A DNA stretch of 64,000 nt from an uncultured delta proteobacterium (GTDB lineage Bacteria > Myxococcota > Kuafuiibacteriia > Kuafuiibacteriales > Kuafuiibacteriaceae): contig CAWDML010000001.1 in NCBI GenBank assembly GCA_963803435.1, forward strand, positions 2,720,001 to 2,784,000. The letters are read 5' to 3'. Both the position numbers and the translations under genes were made by a program. Below, one piece after another: positions 37,428 to 47,261 of this stretch; within the stretch, counting starts at the first letter, position 1; each line of letters starts with the position of its first letter. The notes under the pieces are model-generated. The model searched no databases. It was not told the DNA's origin and was given only the letters and a program-made list of their open reading frames with translations.

Positions 37428-38549
37428 ATGCGCCCCCTTCTGCTCGCGCTCGGGCTCGTCTTCTCCGCCGCCGGATCGACCGCCCGCGCCGAGGGCCCGA
37501 GCCTGCTCGATCGGATCGAGCTGCCGCCCGGCTTCCGGATCGCGTTCTTCGCCGAGCACCTGCCGAACGCCCGGTCGATGGTGTTGAGCCCCGCGGGAAC
37601 GCTGTTCGTCGGCACGCGCACCGCGGGCAGCGTGTATGCGCTCCGCGACGAGGACGGGGACGGCGTCGCGGAGCGGCGCTTCGTGATCGCGAAGGGGCTC
37701 CACATGCCGAACGGGGTCGCGGTCCGGGGCGGCGCGCTCTACGTCGCAGAGGTGAGCCGCGTGATCCGCTTCGACGACATCGAGCGCCGGCTGGAGGCCC
37801 CGCCGAAGCCGGCCGTGGTGAACGCCACCTTTCCCACGGATGAGCACCACGGCTGGAAGTTCATCGCCTTCGGTCCCGACGGCCTCCTCTACGTCCCGGT
37901 GGGCGCGCCCTGCAACGTCTGTGATCCAAAGGATCCGCGCTACGCCAGCGTCATGCGCATGAAGGCCGACGGCAGCGGTCTCGAGATCTTCGCGCGTGGC
38001 ATCCGCAACACCGTCGGCTTCGACTGGCGCCCGTCGACCGGGGTCCTTTGGTTCACCGACAACGGACGCGACGAGCTCGGCGACGACGTCCCGCCCGACG
38101 AGCTCGACCGCGCGCCGAAGAAGGGCCTCCACTTCGGCTTCCCGTACTGCCACGGCGGAGACATCCCCGATCCCGAGCTCGGCAAAGGAAAGCGCTGCCA
38201 GGACTTCGTGCCGCCCGTCCAGCGCCTCGGGCCCCACGTGGCCGCGCTCGGCATGCGCTTCTACACCGGGTCGATGTTCCCGGAGCGCTACCGCGGTCAG
38301 ATCTTCATCGCCGAGCACGGCTCCTGGAACCGGACCAAGCCCGACGGCGACAGGGTCACGCTGGTGACGATCGACGCCGGCGAGCACACGACCTACGCGC
38401 CGTTCGCCACCGGGTGGCTCACGCGCGAGGGCAACAAGCTGGGCCGCCCGGTCGACGTGCTGGTGATGCCGGACGGCGCGCTGCTGGTGTCGGACGATCA
38501 GCGGGGGGCGATCTATCGGATCACGTATCAGGCGGAGACTCGGAAGTAA
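37428..38549 (+). CDS. PQQ-dependent sugar/sorbosone dehydrogenase family protein
   Basis: Signal peptide; HHGWKFIAFGPDG, GIRNTVG, TDNGRD, AEHGSWNR and GRPVDV motifs. Confidence 0.9.
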   Translation: MRPLLLALGLVFSAAGSTARAEGPSLLDRIELPPGFRIAFFAEHLPNARSMVLSPAGTLFVGTRTAGSVYALRDEDGDGVAERRFVIAKGLHMPNGVAVRGGALYVAEVSRVIRFDDIERRLEAPPKPAVVNATFPTDEHHGWKFIAFGPDGLLYVPVGAPCNVCDPKDPRYASVMRMKADGSGLEIFARGIRNTVGFDWRPSTGVLWFTDNGRDELGDDVPPDELDRAPKKGLHFGFPYCHGGDIPDPELGKGKRCQDFVPPVQRLGPHVAALGMRFYTGSMFPERYRGQIFIAEHGSWNRTKPDGDRVTLVTIDAGEHTTYAPFATGWLTREGNKLGRPVDVLVMPDGALLVSDDQRGAIYRITYQAETRK

Positions 38550-38576
38550 CGACGGTCGATCCCGCGGCGGTCACGA

Positions 38577-39791
38577 TCACCGGGAGCCCCGCACCCCCAT
38601 CGACCCCAGCATCGCCTCGCGGTGCCTCCGGATCTCCATCCGCTCGGAGGGCAGGTGCCGCGCCAGGATCTCACGAAAGCGCGGGTCCTTCACCCAGTGC
38701 GCGCTGCGCTGCAGCGTCGGCTCGAACCCGCGGGCCAGCTTGTGCTCGCCGCCGGCGCCGGGCTCGAACGCGTCGAACCCTTTCGCGAAGCACTCGTCGA
38801 TCCCGGCGTAGTAGCAGACGTTGAAGTGGAGGTGGCGCACCTCCTCGAACGCGCCCCAGTAGCGCCCGTAGAGCCGCTTGCCCTTGGCGAAGTTGATCGC
38901 GCCGGCCACGATCTTCTTCCCACGCCGGGCAGCCATCAGCTCCAGCCGGTCGGGCAGCCGGTCGCGCCAGAGGCCGAACACCTCGCGGTTGAGGTACTGC
39001 CGCCCCCAGTAGAACTTCTCGACGGTGGTCTTGTAGAGCTCGAATGCGGTGTCGAGGAGCTTCTCGTCGAGGGCGGCGCCAGGGAGCAGCTCGATCGTGA
39101 TGTTCTGATCCGCGAGCTCGCGTCGCTCGCGCTTGATCTGGTTGCGACGCTTGCTGGTGAAGCGCGCCAGGTAGTCGTCGAAGGCCGGCTCGCCGTGGCG
39201 TTGCCAGTGATACTGGATCCCGTCGCGCGCCAGGAACCCGACCGACTCGAGCGCGCGCACCTCCTCCTCCAGCGCGAAGTTCACATGAACGCTGGAGAGG
39301 TTGATCAGCTCGCAGAGCTCGATCGTGAGCTTGCCGAGCAGCGCCATCAGGTTGGGGCGGTCCTCGCCTGCAGCGGTCAAGAGGCGCCGGCCGGTCACCG
39401 GAGTGAAGGGGACGCCGACCAGCAGCTTCGGGTAGTAGGCGATCCCGAGCCGCTCGGCCGCCTCGGCCCACGACCAGTCGAAGACGAACTCACCCTGGCT
39501 GTGCAGCTTCACGTACGCCGGTGCGGCGGCGACGATGCGCTCACCGCGCCGGATGATCGGGAAGCGCGGGATCCATCCGCTGCGCTCGTCGAGCGCGCCG
39601 CCGTCCTCGAGGCTGGAGAGGAAGCGATGCTCGAGAAAAGGCGACGCATCGTCCCCCTCCCCGAGCAGCGCGTCCCAGGCCTCGGGCTCGACGTCCGCGA
39701 TCGACTCGACGACCTCGAGCGTCAGCTCCGGAGCTTCCTCACGATCTCCTGCTCCGCCGGGAACTCGTTCCCCATCTGCTTCTTGTTCCAC
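38577..39791 (-). CDS. GNAT/FemAB-like (DUF482-type) acyltransferase
   Basis: PF..H.FL..LE, HSQGEFVFDWSWA, PFTPVTG, YGRYWG, LHF..CYY and GAGGEHK motifs. Start uncertain because it overlaps the selenoprotein 3' end. Confidence 0.88.
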   Translation of the reverse strand: MEQEADGERVPGGAGDREEAPELTLEVVESIADVEPEAWDALLGEGDDASPFLEHRFLSSLEDGGALDERSGWIPRFPIIRRGERIVAAAPAYVKLHSQGEFVFDWSWAEAAERLGIAYYPKLLVGVPFTPVTGRRLLTAAGEDRPNLMALLGKLTIELCELINLSSVHVNFALEEEVRALESVGFLARDGIQYHWQRHGEPAFDDYLARFTSKRRNQIKRERRELADQNITIELLPGAALDEKLLDTAFELYKTTVEKFYWGRQYLNREVFGLWRDRLPDRLELMAARRGKKIVAGAINFAKGKRLYGRYWGAFEEVRHLHFNVCYYAGIDECFAKGFDAFEPGAGGEHKLARGFEPTLQRSAHWVKDPRFREILARHLPSERMEIRRHREAMLGSMGVRGSR

Positions 39792-39946
39792 AGCTCTCTT
39801 CCGTCGGCGATGACGATGAAGTCTCCCTTTCCGCCTCGGATCAGCTCGACGTCGACGTCAGGGAGGACCTCGTTGATCTTCGCGCCCAGACTGGACGCGC
39901 GGGGTAGGTAGTTTCAAACCCCGCAATACTCGATGGTGACCTTCAT
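39722..39946 (-). CDS. SelW/SelT/SelH (Rdx) family selenoprotein with a CxxU motif
   Basis: MKVTIEYCGV-UGA-NYLPRASSL...VELIRGGKGDFIVIADG.ELWNK....FP (74 aa). The frame continues after the TGA at 39914-39916 with full family motifs. Confidence 0.88.
39881..39899 (-). promoter_or_regulatory. Bacterial SECIS-like hairpin
   Basis: CGCGUCC-AGUCU-GGGCGCG, starting about 15 nt 3' of the UGA, with GU in the apical loop. Confidence 0.65.
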
Positions 39947-39997
39947 ACGAACAGCGTAGTTGATCCGCCGGCGACCCTGGAGTACGGCATTGCCCGC

Positions 39998-40975
39998 ATG
40001 CCGACGATGAACATCATCGAGGCGGTCAACAGCGCCCTCAGCATTGCGATGGAGAAGGACGACCGGGTCGTCGTCCTGGGCGAGGATGTCGGCAAGTTCG
40101 GCGGGGTCTTTCGCGCAACGAAGGGACTCTACGAGAAATTCGGCCCCGAGCGCTCGATCGACACCCCCCTCGCCGAAGGTGGCATCATCGGCACCGCTAT
40201 CGGTATGGCGCTCTACGGGCTGCGCCCGGTGGCCGAGATCCAGTTCTCCGACTTCATCTACCCAGCCTTCGATCAGATCGTCAGCGAGCTCGCCAAGCTC
40301 CGCTACCGCTCCGGGGGCCAGTACGGTGCACCCCTCGTCGTCCGCACACCGATCGGCGGCGGCATCCGCGGCGGGCACTACCATTCGCAGTCCCCCGAGG
40401 CGTACTTCCTCCACACCGCTGGCCTCAAGGTCGTCTCGCCGTCGAACCCCTATGACGCCAAGGGCCTGCTGCTCTCGGCGATTCGCTCCGAGGATCCCAT
40501 CATCTTCTTCGAGCCGAAGCGCGTGTATCGCGCCGCGCGAGGTGAGGTCCCGGACGGCGACTACGAGATCCCGCTCGGCAAGGCCGCGGTCGTCCGCCCG
40601 GGCGCACACCTGACGGTGGTGGCCTGGGGCGCGATGCTCCACGAGGCGCTCCTCGCCGTGGAGGAGGCGGCTCAGCGCGGGATCGACTGCGAGCTCATCG
40701 ATCCGCGCACGCTGCTCCCGCTCGACGTCGAGACGATCGTCGAGAGCGTGAAGAAGACCGGACGATTCCTGGTGGTGCACGAGGCGCCGAAGACGTGCGG
40801 CTACGGCGCCGAGCTGATCACGCTGATCGCCGAGCGCGCCTTCTACCATCTGGAGGCTCCGCCGATCCGCGTCACCGGATGGGACACCCCGTTCCCCTAC
40901 ACGCTCGAGAACGAGTACCTCCCGCGCGCGCCCCGCATCCTGCACTCGATCGAGCGAGCGTTCGCGAACGACTGA
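39998..40975 (+). CDS. 2-oxoacid (pyruvate/branched-chain) dehydrogenase E1 beta subunit
   Basis: GEDVG..GGVFR.T, DTPLAE, EIQFSDF, HSQSPE, FFEPK and GWDTPFP motifs. Confidence 0.93.
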   Translation: MPTMNIIEAVNSALSIAMEKDDRVVVLGEDVGKFGGVFRATKGLYEKFGPERSIDTPLAEGGIIGTAIGMALYGLRPVAEIQFSDFIYPAFDQIVSELAKLRYRSGGQYGAPLVVRTPIGGGIRGGHYHSQSPEAYFLHTAGLKVVSPSNPYDAKGLLLSAIRSEDPIIFFEPKRVYRAARGEVPDGDYEIPLGKAAVVRPGAHLTVVAWGAMLHEALLAVEEAAQRGIDCELIDPRTLLPLDVETIVESVKKTGRFLVVHEAPKTCGYGAELITLIAERAFYHLEAPPIRVTGWDTPFPYTLENEYLPRAPRILHSIERAFAND

Positions 40976-40989
40976 CCCGAGGAGAACCG

Positions 40990-41898
40990 ATGCTGTCGCG
41001 TCTCGTGCCTGCGCCCATGGTGCGATTCTTTGCGGGCCCCTACGTCGCCGGCGATAGCATCGACGACGCGCTCGAGACCGCCTCGGAGCTCCTCGAGAGG
41101 CGCAGGCTGCTCACCACGCTCGACCTCCTGGGCGAGTCGGTGACCGAGTCCGCCCAGGTGCGCGCGAACGTCGGCGTCTATCAGGAGCTGATCCGCAAGG
41201 TCGCCGCCGATCCCAGGTTCGCGGCGAACGGGTCCCGACCCACCGTGTCGGTGAAGCCGTCGGCGTTCACCACCGGCGAGAGAAGAGACGCCGTCGCCCC
41301 GCTCCAGGAGATCGCGGAGGTCGCCCGCGAGTCGAAGGTCGGCCTCACGATCGACATGGAGGATCGACACTGGACCGACCTCACCCTCGAGACCAGCGTC
41401 GACCTCTATCGGCGGGGCTACGACGTCGGCACCGTGCTTCAGACCCGGCTGCATCGGACCGAGGCCGATCTCGCGCGCATCCCCGAAGGCATGCGGATCC
41501 GGCTGGTCATCGGCATCTATCCGGAGCCCTCGGACGTCGCGCTGACCGACAAGGACTCGATGAAAGAGCGCATGCTCGCGTTCAGCAAGACGCTCCTCTC
41601 CCGCAATGTCTATGTGGAGTTCGGGACCCACGACCAACCGTGCGTCGAGCGGTTCGCAAGAGAGATTGCACCGTTGGCACCCGAGCGCTGCGAGGTCCAG
41701 ATGTTGCTCGGCGTTCCGCGAGGCATATTGCAGGAGAAGCTACAGTCCGGCGCGGCGGGCCCGCAGCTCCCGGTGCGGTTGTACGTCCCGTTCGCGATCG
41801 GCTGGAAGGACGCGACCGCCTATCTTCGTCGCCGGATGGACGAGAGCCCCAGCATGGTCTGGCTCGTCCTCAGAAATCTGTGGGACCGTGATCGCTGA
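40990..41898 (+). CDS. Monofunctional proline dehydrogenase
   Basis: YVAGD, DLLGE, SVKPS, IDMED, GTVLQ, GTHD, QMLLG and YVPF...YL.RR..E.P motifs. Confidence 0.88.
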   Translation: MLSRLVPAPMVRFFAGPYVAGDSIDDALETASELLERRRLLTTLDLLGESVTESAQVRANVGVYQELIRKVAADPRFAANGSRPTVSVKPSAFTTGERRDAVAPLQEIAEVARESKVGLTIDMEDRHWTDLTLETSVDLYRRGYDVGTVLQTRLHRTEADLARIPEGMRIRLVIGIYPEPSDVALTDKDSMKERMLAFSKTLLSRNVYVEFGTHDQPCVERFAREIAPLAPERCEVQMLLGVPRGILQEKLQSGAAGPQLPVRLYVPFAIGWKDATAYLRRRMDESPSMVWLVLRNLWDRDR

Positions 41899-41931
41899 GT
41901 CATCTTGTCGAATCGATCCGAGCGCGGAACC

Positions 41932-42963
41932 ATGCGCGCCATGCTTCGGCTTGCGGCTCCGCTCACCCTGACGATCGCCTTGCTCTTCGCAGCCCGCCCC
42001 GCTGACGCGTGCGTCCCACCGTTGCCCGGCTTCTACGCGACGCGGCCGGAGTCCGGCGCGAGCCTGCCGCTCAACGCGAAGATCGTGCTGCTCGGCTACG
42101 ACGTCGGCACGGCACAGGTGACCGTCACCCAGGGCGACACGGACTTCGTGCTCACGCCCGACGTCCAGAACGGGATCATCACCGTCGACCTCGGCGGGCT
42201 CGGCCTGCTCGGTGACATCACGCTCTACGCCACCTCCACGCAGCCAGGGGCGATGTCGGTGACCGCCAACTTCGTGGTGACGAGCACCGCCGACACGACG
42301 CGGCCGGACTTCAAGGGGGTCGATTCGCTCTCATACGAATGGTTCGACGAGGAGCCGGGGCTCTGCCAGGTCGGCGGATTCCAGGTGCGGGCGCAGATCA
42401 CGCCGGCCACCGACGACTTCGGTGTCATCTACTACCAGCTCTTCGAGGTACTCCCGAACGACGCGCTGATCTTCGCCGGCATCGCGTACCACTCCGACAC
42501 CGGGCCTCTCTCGATCTTCGCGCATCCTGGGGTCGACGAGGGCACGCGCTGCTACCTGGCGATCGCCACGGACGTCGCCGGCAACACGGCTCCGCAGGTC
42601 ACGCGGGGAGGCACCTGCATCGACCTGAGGCGCGAGGGGGTCGACGCCGGCTCGGACGACCTCGGCTCAGCCGACGACTCCCAGGTCCGCTTCGACGCAG
42701 GTGCGGTGGACTCGGGCTCCCGCGACACCGGCGTCCGCGCCGACTCCGGAAGCGGGAGCCTCGAGCTCGACCGCGACCGCGGCTGTGGCTGCAGCGCGAC
42801 GCCGGTCGAGGGCGCGAGCGGCCTCTCGCTCTTCGTGCTGATCCTCGGCCTCGCCCTCAGTCGAAGCGGAAGAGCGGCCCGCCGAACACGTGCAGCGTGT
42901 TCCGGTTGTTCCCCTCCTCGAGCAGCATCCGGTAGTTCGCCTGTACGAAGATCTCGAAGTTAG
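41932..42963 (+). CDS. Secreted protein with a MYXO-CTERM-like sorting signal
   Basis: Signal peptide ending ADA; C-terminal GCGCSA followed by a hydrophobic helix and basic residues. Reads through about 100 nt into the convergent gene. Confidence 0.7.
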   Translation: MRAMLRLAAPLTLTIALLFAARPADACVPPLPGFYATRPESGASLPLNAKIVLLGYDVGTAQVTVTQGDTDFVLTPDVQNGIITVDLGGLGLLGDITLYATSTQPGAMSVTANFVVTSTADTTRPDFKGVDSLSYEWFDEEPGLCQVGGFQVRAQITPATDDFGVIYYQLFEVLPNDALIFAGIAYHSDTGPLSIFAHPGVDEGTRCYLAIATDVAGNTAPQVTRGGTCIDLRREGVDAGSDDLGSADDSQVRFDAGAVDSGSRDTGVRADSGSGSLELDRDRGCGCSATPVEGASGLSLFVLILGLALSRSGRAARRTRAACSGCSPPRAASGSSPVRRSRS

Positions 42964-43363
42964 AGACGATCTGAACCGAGACGCCGACGAGCGCGCCCAC
43001 GTGGACGTCGATGTCCGTCGAGGTCGTGAGTCCGCCAGTGACGCCGACGAAGATCCCCACCGGATCGATCGGGATGACGAACTTGAACGACAGCGAGATG
43101 TCCGTGTACGGATCCTCGTTGTCGAAGCCCTCGATCTTCGGTCGCACGCCGTACACGATGGCCGACGGCGTGATCGTGAACGTGGAGATGATCGGGATGT
43201 CGACGAAGAATCCCCAGGCGAGCGTCGGCTTGTAAGGGACGTCTCCGGAGTGCGGCAGCGCTACGCCGGCCGCGGCGCCCAACCCGACAGCTCGCGGGTT
43301 GGCCTGCGCCAGCCCGGGGACCAGCACGAGGAGGAGGGCGGTGAGGAGGAGGGGCCGACGCAT
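42857..43363 (-). CDS. Small outer-membrane beta-barrel protein
   Basis: Signal peptide (AQA), alternating amphipathic strands, aromatic residue near the C-terminus (FRFD). Confidence 0.65.
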   Translation of the reverse strand: MRRPLLLTALLLVLVPGLAQANPRAVGLGAAAGVALPHSGDVPYKPTLAWGFFVDIPIISTFTITPSAIVYGVRPKIEGFDNEDPYTDISLSFKFVIPIDPVGIFVGVTGGLTTSTDIDVHVGALVGVSVQIVSNFEIFVQANYRMLLEEGNNRNTLHVFGGPLFRFD

Positions 43364-43458
43364 CGAACGTGACCATGGCGAAGGCCGCGCACCCGAGCAA
43401 GAAAGTGATCGCGCACCGCCACCGCCCCGGCGAAGCGCTCGACACCCCCGGGCGATCG

Positions 43459-44454
43459 ATGCTACCGAACTCGGTCGTGGAACGAGCGAAAGTCGTCATC
43501 ATCGGAAGCGGGCCGGCCGGCTATACGGCGGCGCTCTACGCGTCACGCGCCAACCTGGCGCCGATCCTGATCGAAGGCGGCTTCATCCCCGGGAACCAGT
43601 CGGTCCTCCCTGGCGGGCAGCTCATGATTACGACCGAGGTCGAGAACTACCCCGGGTTCCCGGAGGGGATCCAGGGCCCCGAGCTGATGGAGAAGCTCAA
43701 GGCGCAGGCGGAGCGGTTCGGGACCCGGATCATCCACGGCTTCGTCACCCGGGTGGACCTCTCCAAGCGGCCCTTCGCCGTCGAGGTGGAGTCGGAGCCC
43801 ACCTTCGAGGCCGAGGCCCTGATCGTGGCCACCGGCGCGGTGGCGAAGCTGCTCGAGATCCCGGGCGAGCGCAGCCTGATGGGTTACGGCGTGTCCGCGT
43901 GCGCGACCTGCGACGCCGCGTTCTTCCGCCAGAAGAAGGTCGTGGTGGTCGGGGGTGGCGACACCGCCATGGAGGAGGCCGGAGTCCTGGCGAAGTTCGC
44001 GAGCTCCGTCACCATCGTCCACCGGCGCGATCATCTGCGCGCGTCCAAGGTGATGCAGGATCGCGCCGCCAGAAACCCGAAGATCAGCTTCATCTGGGAT
44101 ACCGCGATCACCGAGGTGATCGGAAAACGTCCCGCAAAGCCGGGCGATCCCGGCGGTTTGGAGAGCGTGCGGGCGAAGAACGTACGGACCGGCGAGGAGA
44201 CCCTGCTCCCGACGGACGGGTTCTTCGTGGCCATCGGACACAAGCCGAATACCGAGCTGTTCGCCGGCCAGCTAGAACTGGAGGAGAACGGGTATATCAA
44301 GGTGCAGAAGGGGTCGACGCGGACCTCGGTGTCGGGCGTGTTCGCCTGCGGAGACGTCCAAGACAGCGTATACCGCCAGGCGGTGACCGCGGCGGGGACC
44401 GGCTGCATGGCGGCTCTGGACGCCGAGCGCTGGCTCGAAGCCCAAGAGCACTGA
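43459..44454 (+). CDS. trxB: Thioredoxin-disulfide reductase
   Basis: IIGSGPAGYTAA, GVSACATCD, GGGDTAMEEA and YRQAVTAAGTGC. Start uncertain (43375 is an alternative). Confidence 0.95.
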   Translation: MLPNSVVERAKVVIIGSGPAGYTAALYASRANLAPILIEGGFIPGNQSVLPGGQLMITTEVENYPGFPEGIQGPELMEKLKAQAERFGTRIIHGFVTRVDLSKRPFAVEVESEPTFEAEALIVATGAVAKLLEIPGERSLMGYGVSACATCDAAFFRQKKVVVVGGGDTAMEEAGVLAKFASSVTIVHRRDHLRASKVMQDRAARNPKISFIWDTAITEVIGKRPAKPGDPGGLESVRAKNVRTGEETLLPTDGFFVAIGHKPNTELFAGQLELEENGYIKVQKGSTRTSVSGVFACGDVQDSVYRQAVTAAGTGCMAALDAERWLEAQEH

Positions 44455-44484
44455 TCCCGAGTAGTAGATCCTGAGAGCCGAGCG

Positions 44485-45258
44485 ATGAAAGCGATCTCCA
44501 TCCTGCTCGTCGGAAGCCTGCTCGCGGCCTGCGGCGACGGATCCGACGGCGGCCTGAGCAACATCGAGGAGCCCCCAAAGCGGGTGTGCGAGCGCGAGAC
44601 CTCCCCGCGAACCTACGAGATCTACTTCGTCCTCGACGTCTCGACGTCGATGGCGCCCTTCCTCAACGAGGTCAAGGACGAGCTGGTCTCGCTCTCCTTG
44701 AGCTTCCCCGAGTACGACGCCGACGGCCGGCGCACCCACGTCGACTACTACGTCGAGGGCTTCGTGAACGACCACAAGTGGTTCCCGGTCGGCGCCGAGC
44801 GAATGACCAGCCACATCGCGGTCCAGGCCGCCTTCGAGGAGGCAATCGAAGCCGGCTCGCACGGCAAGAACCTGACCCAGGACGCGCTCAACGCCGAGAC
44901 CACCGAGAACCTGCTCGACGCGATCGCGTCGGTGCTCGAGCGCGAGTCCACCGCCGAGGCGAAGCTCATGCTGATCGCCACCGACGCCGTCTTCGCCGAG
45001 GCCCCCACGGTGCTCTCGAACAACATCCACGTGCAATCGCACTACTCCGACATCAAGGACGCGCTCGCACAGCAAGGGTTCCGCGTGCACGTCTTCTCCC
45101 AGTCGGATGTCGACGGCCTCACCCGGATGTACGCGAACCAGCCGCCGCTCACCAGTCTCCAGGGATCGACGATCCACGATCTCGGCGAGCTGACGGGCTC
45201 GCGCGACTCCATCCGGCAGACCCTCACGGAAATCGCGGAAAACGCGGACTGCAACTGA
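44485..45258 (+). CDS. vWA-domain lipoprotein
   Basis: Lipobox LAAC; MIDAS-like DVSTSM and IATD. Confidence 0.75.
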   Translation: MKAISILLVGSLLAACGDGSDGGLSNIEEPPKRVCERETSPRTYEIYFVLDVSTSMAPFLNEVKDELVSLSLSFPEYDADGRRTHVDYYVEGFVNDHKWFPVGAERMTSHIAVQAAFEEAIEAGSHGKNLTQDALNAETTENLLDAIASVLERESTAEAKLMLIATDAVFAEAPTVLSNNIHVQSHYSDIKDALAQQGFRVHVFSQSDVDGLTRMYANQPPLTSLQGSTIHDLGELTGSRDSIRQTLTEIAENADCN

Positions 45259-45260
45259 CC

Positions 45261-45722
45261 ATGCGCACTCTCTGCTTTGCAAGCCTACTTGCACTGATCT
45301 GCTCGTGCGGAAGCGACAACGGCGGCACGCTGACGGACGGCGGCACGAACGACGGCAACACCGGCTGCGCGGTCGAGCCGACCTTCACCTCGATCCACGA
45401 CGACCTTTTGACCACCACGCGTTGCGCGATCCCGGGCTGCCATGCCTCGACCGTCCCGCAGGCCGATCTCGACTATCAGGCAGGCAAGCAGGCGGTGTAC
45501 GACGAGCTCCTGACGACCGGGACCTTCAACACGCTGGCCAACGGCCAGTTCCCGAACCGCGTGGTCGCGAACGATCCGGCGTCGAGCTACCTGTACGTGA
45601 AGGTGTCCGAGACGAACCCACCGGGGGGCGGCTCCGGTCGGATGCCCCCGGGGCTGCCACTGGCAGACTGCGAGATTCAGGCGATCCAGGAGTGGATTCA
45701 AAACGGCGCCATGAACGACTGA
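45261..45722 (+). CDS. Lipoprotein, putative c-type cytochrome with a CX4CH motif
   Basis: Lipobox ICSC; CAIPGCH, VV..DP..SYL..KV, RMPP and I.EWI..GA. Confidence 0.7.
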   Translation: MRTLCFASLLALICSCGSDNGGTLTDGGTNDGNTGCAVEPTFTSIHDDLLTTTRCAIPGCHASTVPQADLDYQAGKQAVYDELLTTGTFNTLANGQFPNRVVANDPASSYLYVKVSETNPPGGGSGRMPPGLPLADCEIQAIQEWIQNGAMND

Positions 45723-45802
45723 ATTGTCATACAGGGAGCGCGATCACCCGCGTGAAGGGTTGACCGGCCCGCTGGTACTCTCCTTGCTCGATGCCCTCCC
45801 CC

Positions 45803-47260
45803 ATGACGCCCAGAACCATCACCCTGGCTCTCCTGCCGCTCCTCGCGCTGGCGTGCGGCCCCGGCCGCGAGCCGCCCTCCAACAATCAGCCGCCACCGCT
45901 GGTGAAGCTCGAGAAGACCTCGGCGCTGGAGGCCGCCAACCGAAATCTCCGGAGCGTCCTGGTCGGGGCCGCGCACGCCGGCCAGTTCGCGGAGGGCCAG
46001 GCGCTGCTGGGGGACCTGTTCCGGCTCGGCGATGACGTCGCGGTCTCCTGCCCCGAGGGCACCGACTGCCCGCAGCCCACCGAGCAGACCCTGGAAGACG
46101 AGGCGGCGGCGATGGCCGACGACCTGGCGGCGCGGATCCTCAACGTCGCCAACGTCGAGGTGGAGGAGGAGACGCGGATCGTGCTGGCGCTCGACCCGCA
46201 GCTCGCCTGCGCCGACGACGCGGGATGCAGCCAGGCGCTGGCGCAGATCCCGGTGCGGATCGAGCTGACCTCGCGACGTGAGAACGACATCGACCTCGCC
46301 CTCACCGTGGGCGCCTCGCCAGTGGCGACCGCGCAGCTGTACCGTGACCACCTGGCGGTCGACCTGGACCTGGGCGCGGCGATGGACGCCTCCACCGCGC
46401 TGGCGGCGGCCGGCGAGGGCTCGCTTCCCCAGGTCAGCGGGACGATCCGCGGCCGCATTCGACTCGAGCTCTCCGTCAACGGCGCGAACGATTACACACT
46501 GGCACTCTCGATCACCTCGCCGATCAACGTCGACGCCACCGTCAACGGCGAGACGCTCGCGATCGCGGTCGGTGTCGCGCAGCCGCTCGCCAGCCTCCGC
46601 ATCGACGGCGCCACGCCAAAGGTCGTCTTCGAGTCCAACAGCGGGCCGTTCGATCTGACCCTTCCGCTCGCGATCTTCGCCTCGCAGGAGGTCTCGAACG
46701 ACTGCCCGCCGGATTCGCCGGATTGCGTCCCCACCGAGCCCTCGCCGGCCCTCACCGGTACGCTCGGCCTGCACGTGGCGCCGAGCACCGCCAAGGTCAC
46801 GATCGACGCCGCCAACAGGATCGCGATCGATCGGCTGGTCGTGGGCGGCATGAACGCGACCTACGACGGCACGCAGATCGTCTCGCTGAGCGTGAACGGC
46901 GGGCAGCAGCTCAGCGCCGATGTCACCTCCGATGACTCCGGGGTGAGCGTCTCGGTCGCCCCGCAGCTGGACGTGCGCGCGACGATCGACCTCTCACCGC
47001 TGGCCGATCAGCTGACCGACGTCCCCGCGGCGAGCCTTCGCGATTCGCTGCAGCTCCTGCTCAACGGCGCGTCGACGCCCGCGGTCCGGTTCTCGGACTC
47101 GCAGGTCGAGGTGCTGCAAGGCCGATTGTCGCTCTCGTCCAGCGCGGCCGGCAGGACAGTGGTGGTGGAGGCCGGCAGGTGCCTCGAGAGCGTGGAGCCC
47201 GATCCGGACCAGACGAGCGAGCACGTGCTCGATCTGCTGGCGGAAGCGACCTGCCGCTAG
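45803..47260 (+). CDS. Hypothetical lipoprotein
   Basis: Lipobox ALAC; beta-rich; coding GC3 bias. Confidence 0.65.
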   Translation: MTPRTITLALLPLLALACGPGREPPSNNQPPPLVKLEKTSALEAANRNLRSVLVGAAHAGQFAEGQALLGDLFRLGDDVAVSCPEGTDCPQPTEQTLEDEAAAMADDLAARILNVANVEVEEETRIVLALDPQLACADDAGCSQALAQIPVRIELTSRRENDIDLALTVGASPVATAQLYRDHLAVDLDLGAAMDASTALAAAGEGSLPQVSGTIRGRIRLELSVNGANDYTLALSITSPINVDATVNGETLAIAVGVAQPLASLRIDGATPKVVFESNSGPFDLTLPLAIFASQEVSNDCPPDSPDCVPTEPSPALTGTLGLHVAPSTAKVTIDAANRIAIDRLVVGGMNATYDGTQIVSLSVNGGQQLSADVTSDDSGVSVSVAPQLDVRATIDLSPLADQLTDVPAASLRDSLQLLLNGASTPAVRFSDSQVEVLQGRLSLSSSAAGRTVVVEAGRCLESVEPDPDQTSEHVLDLLAEATCR

Positions 47261-47261
47261 G

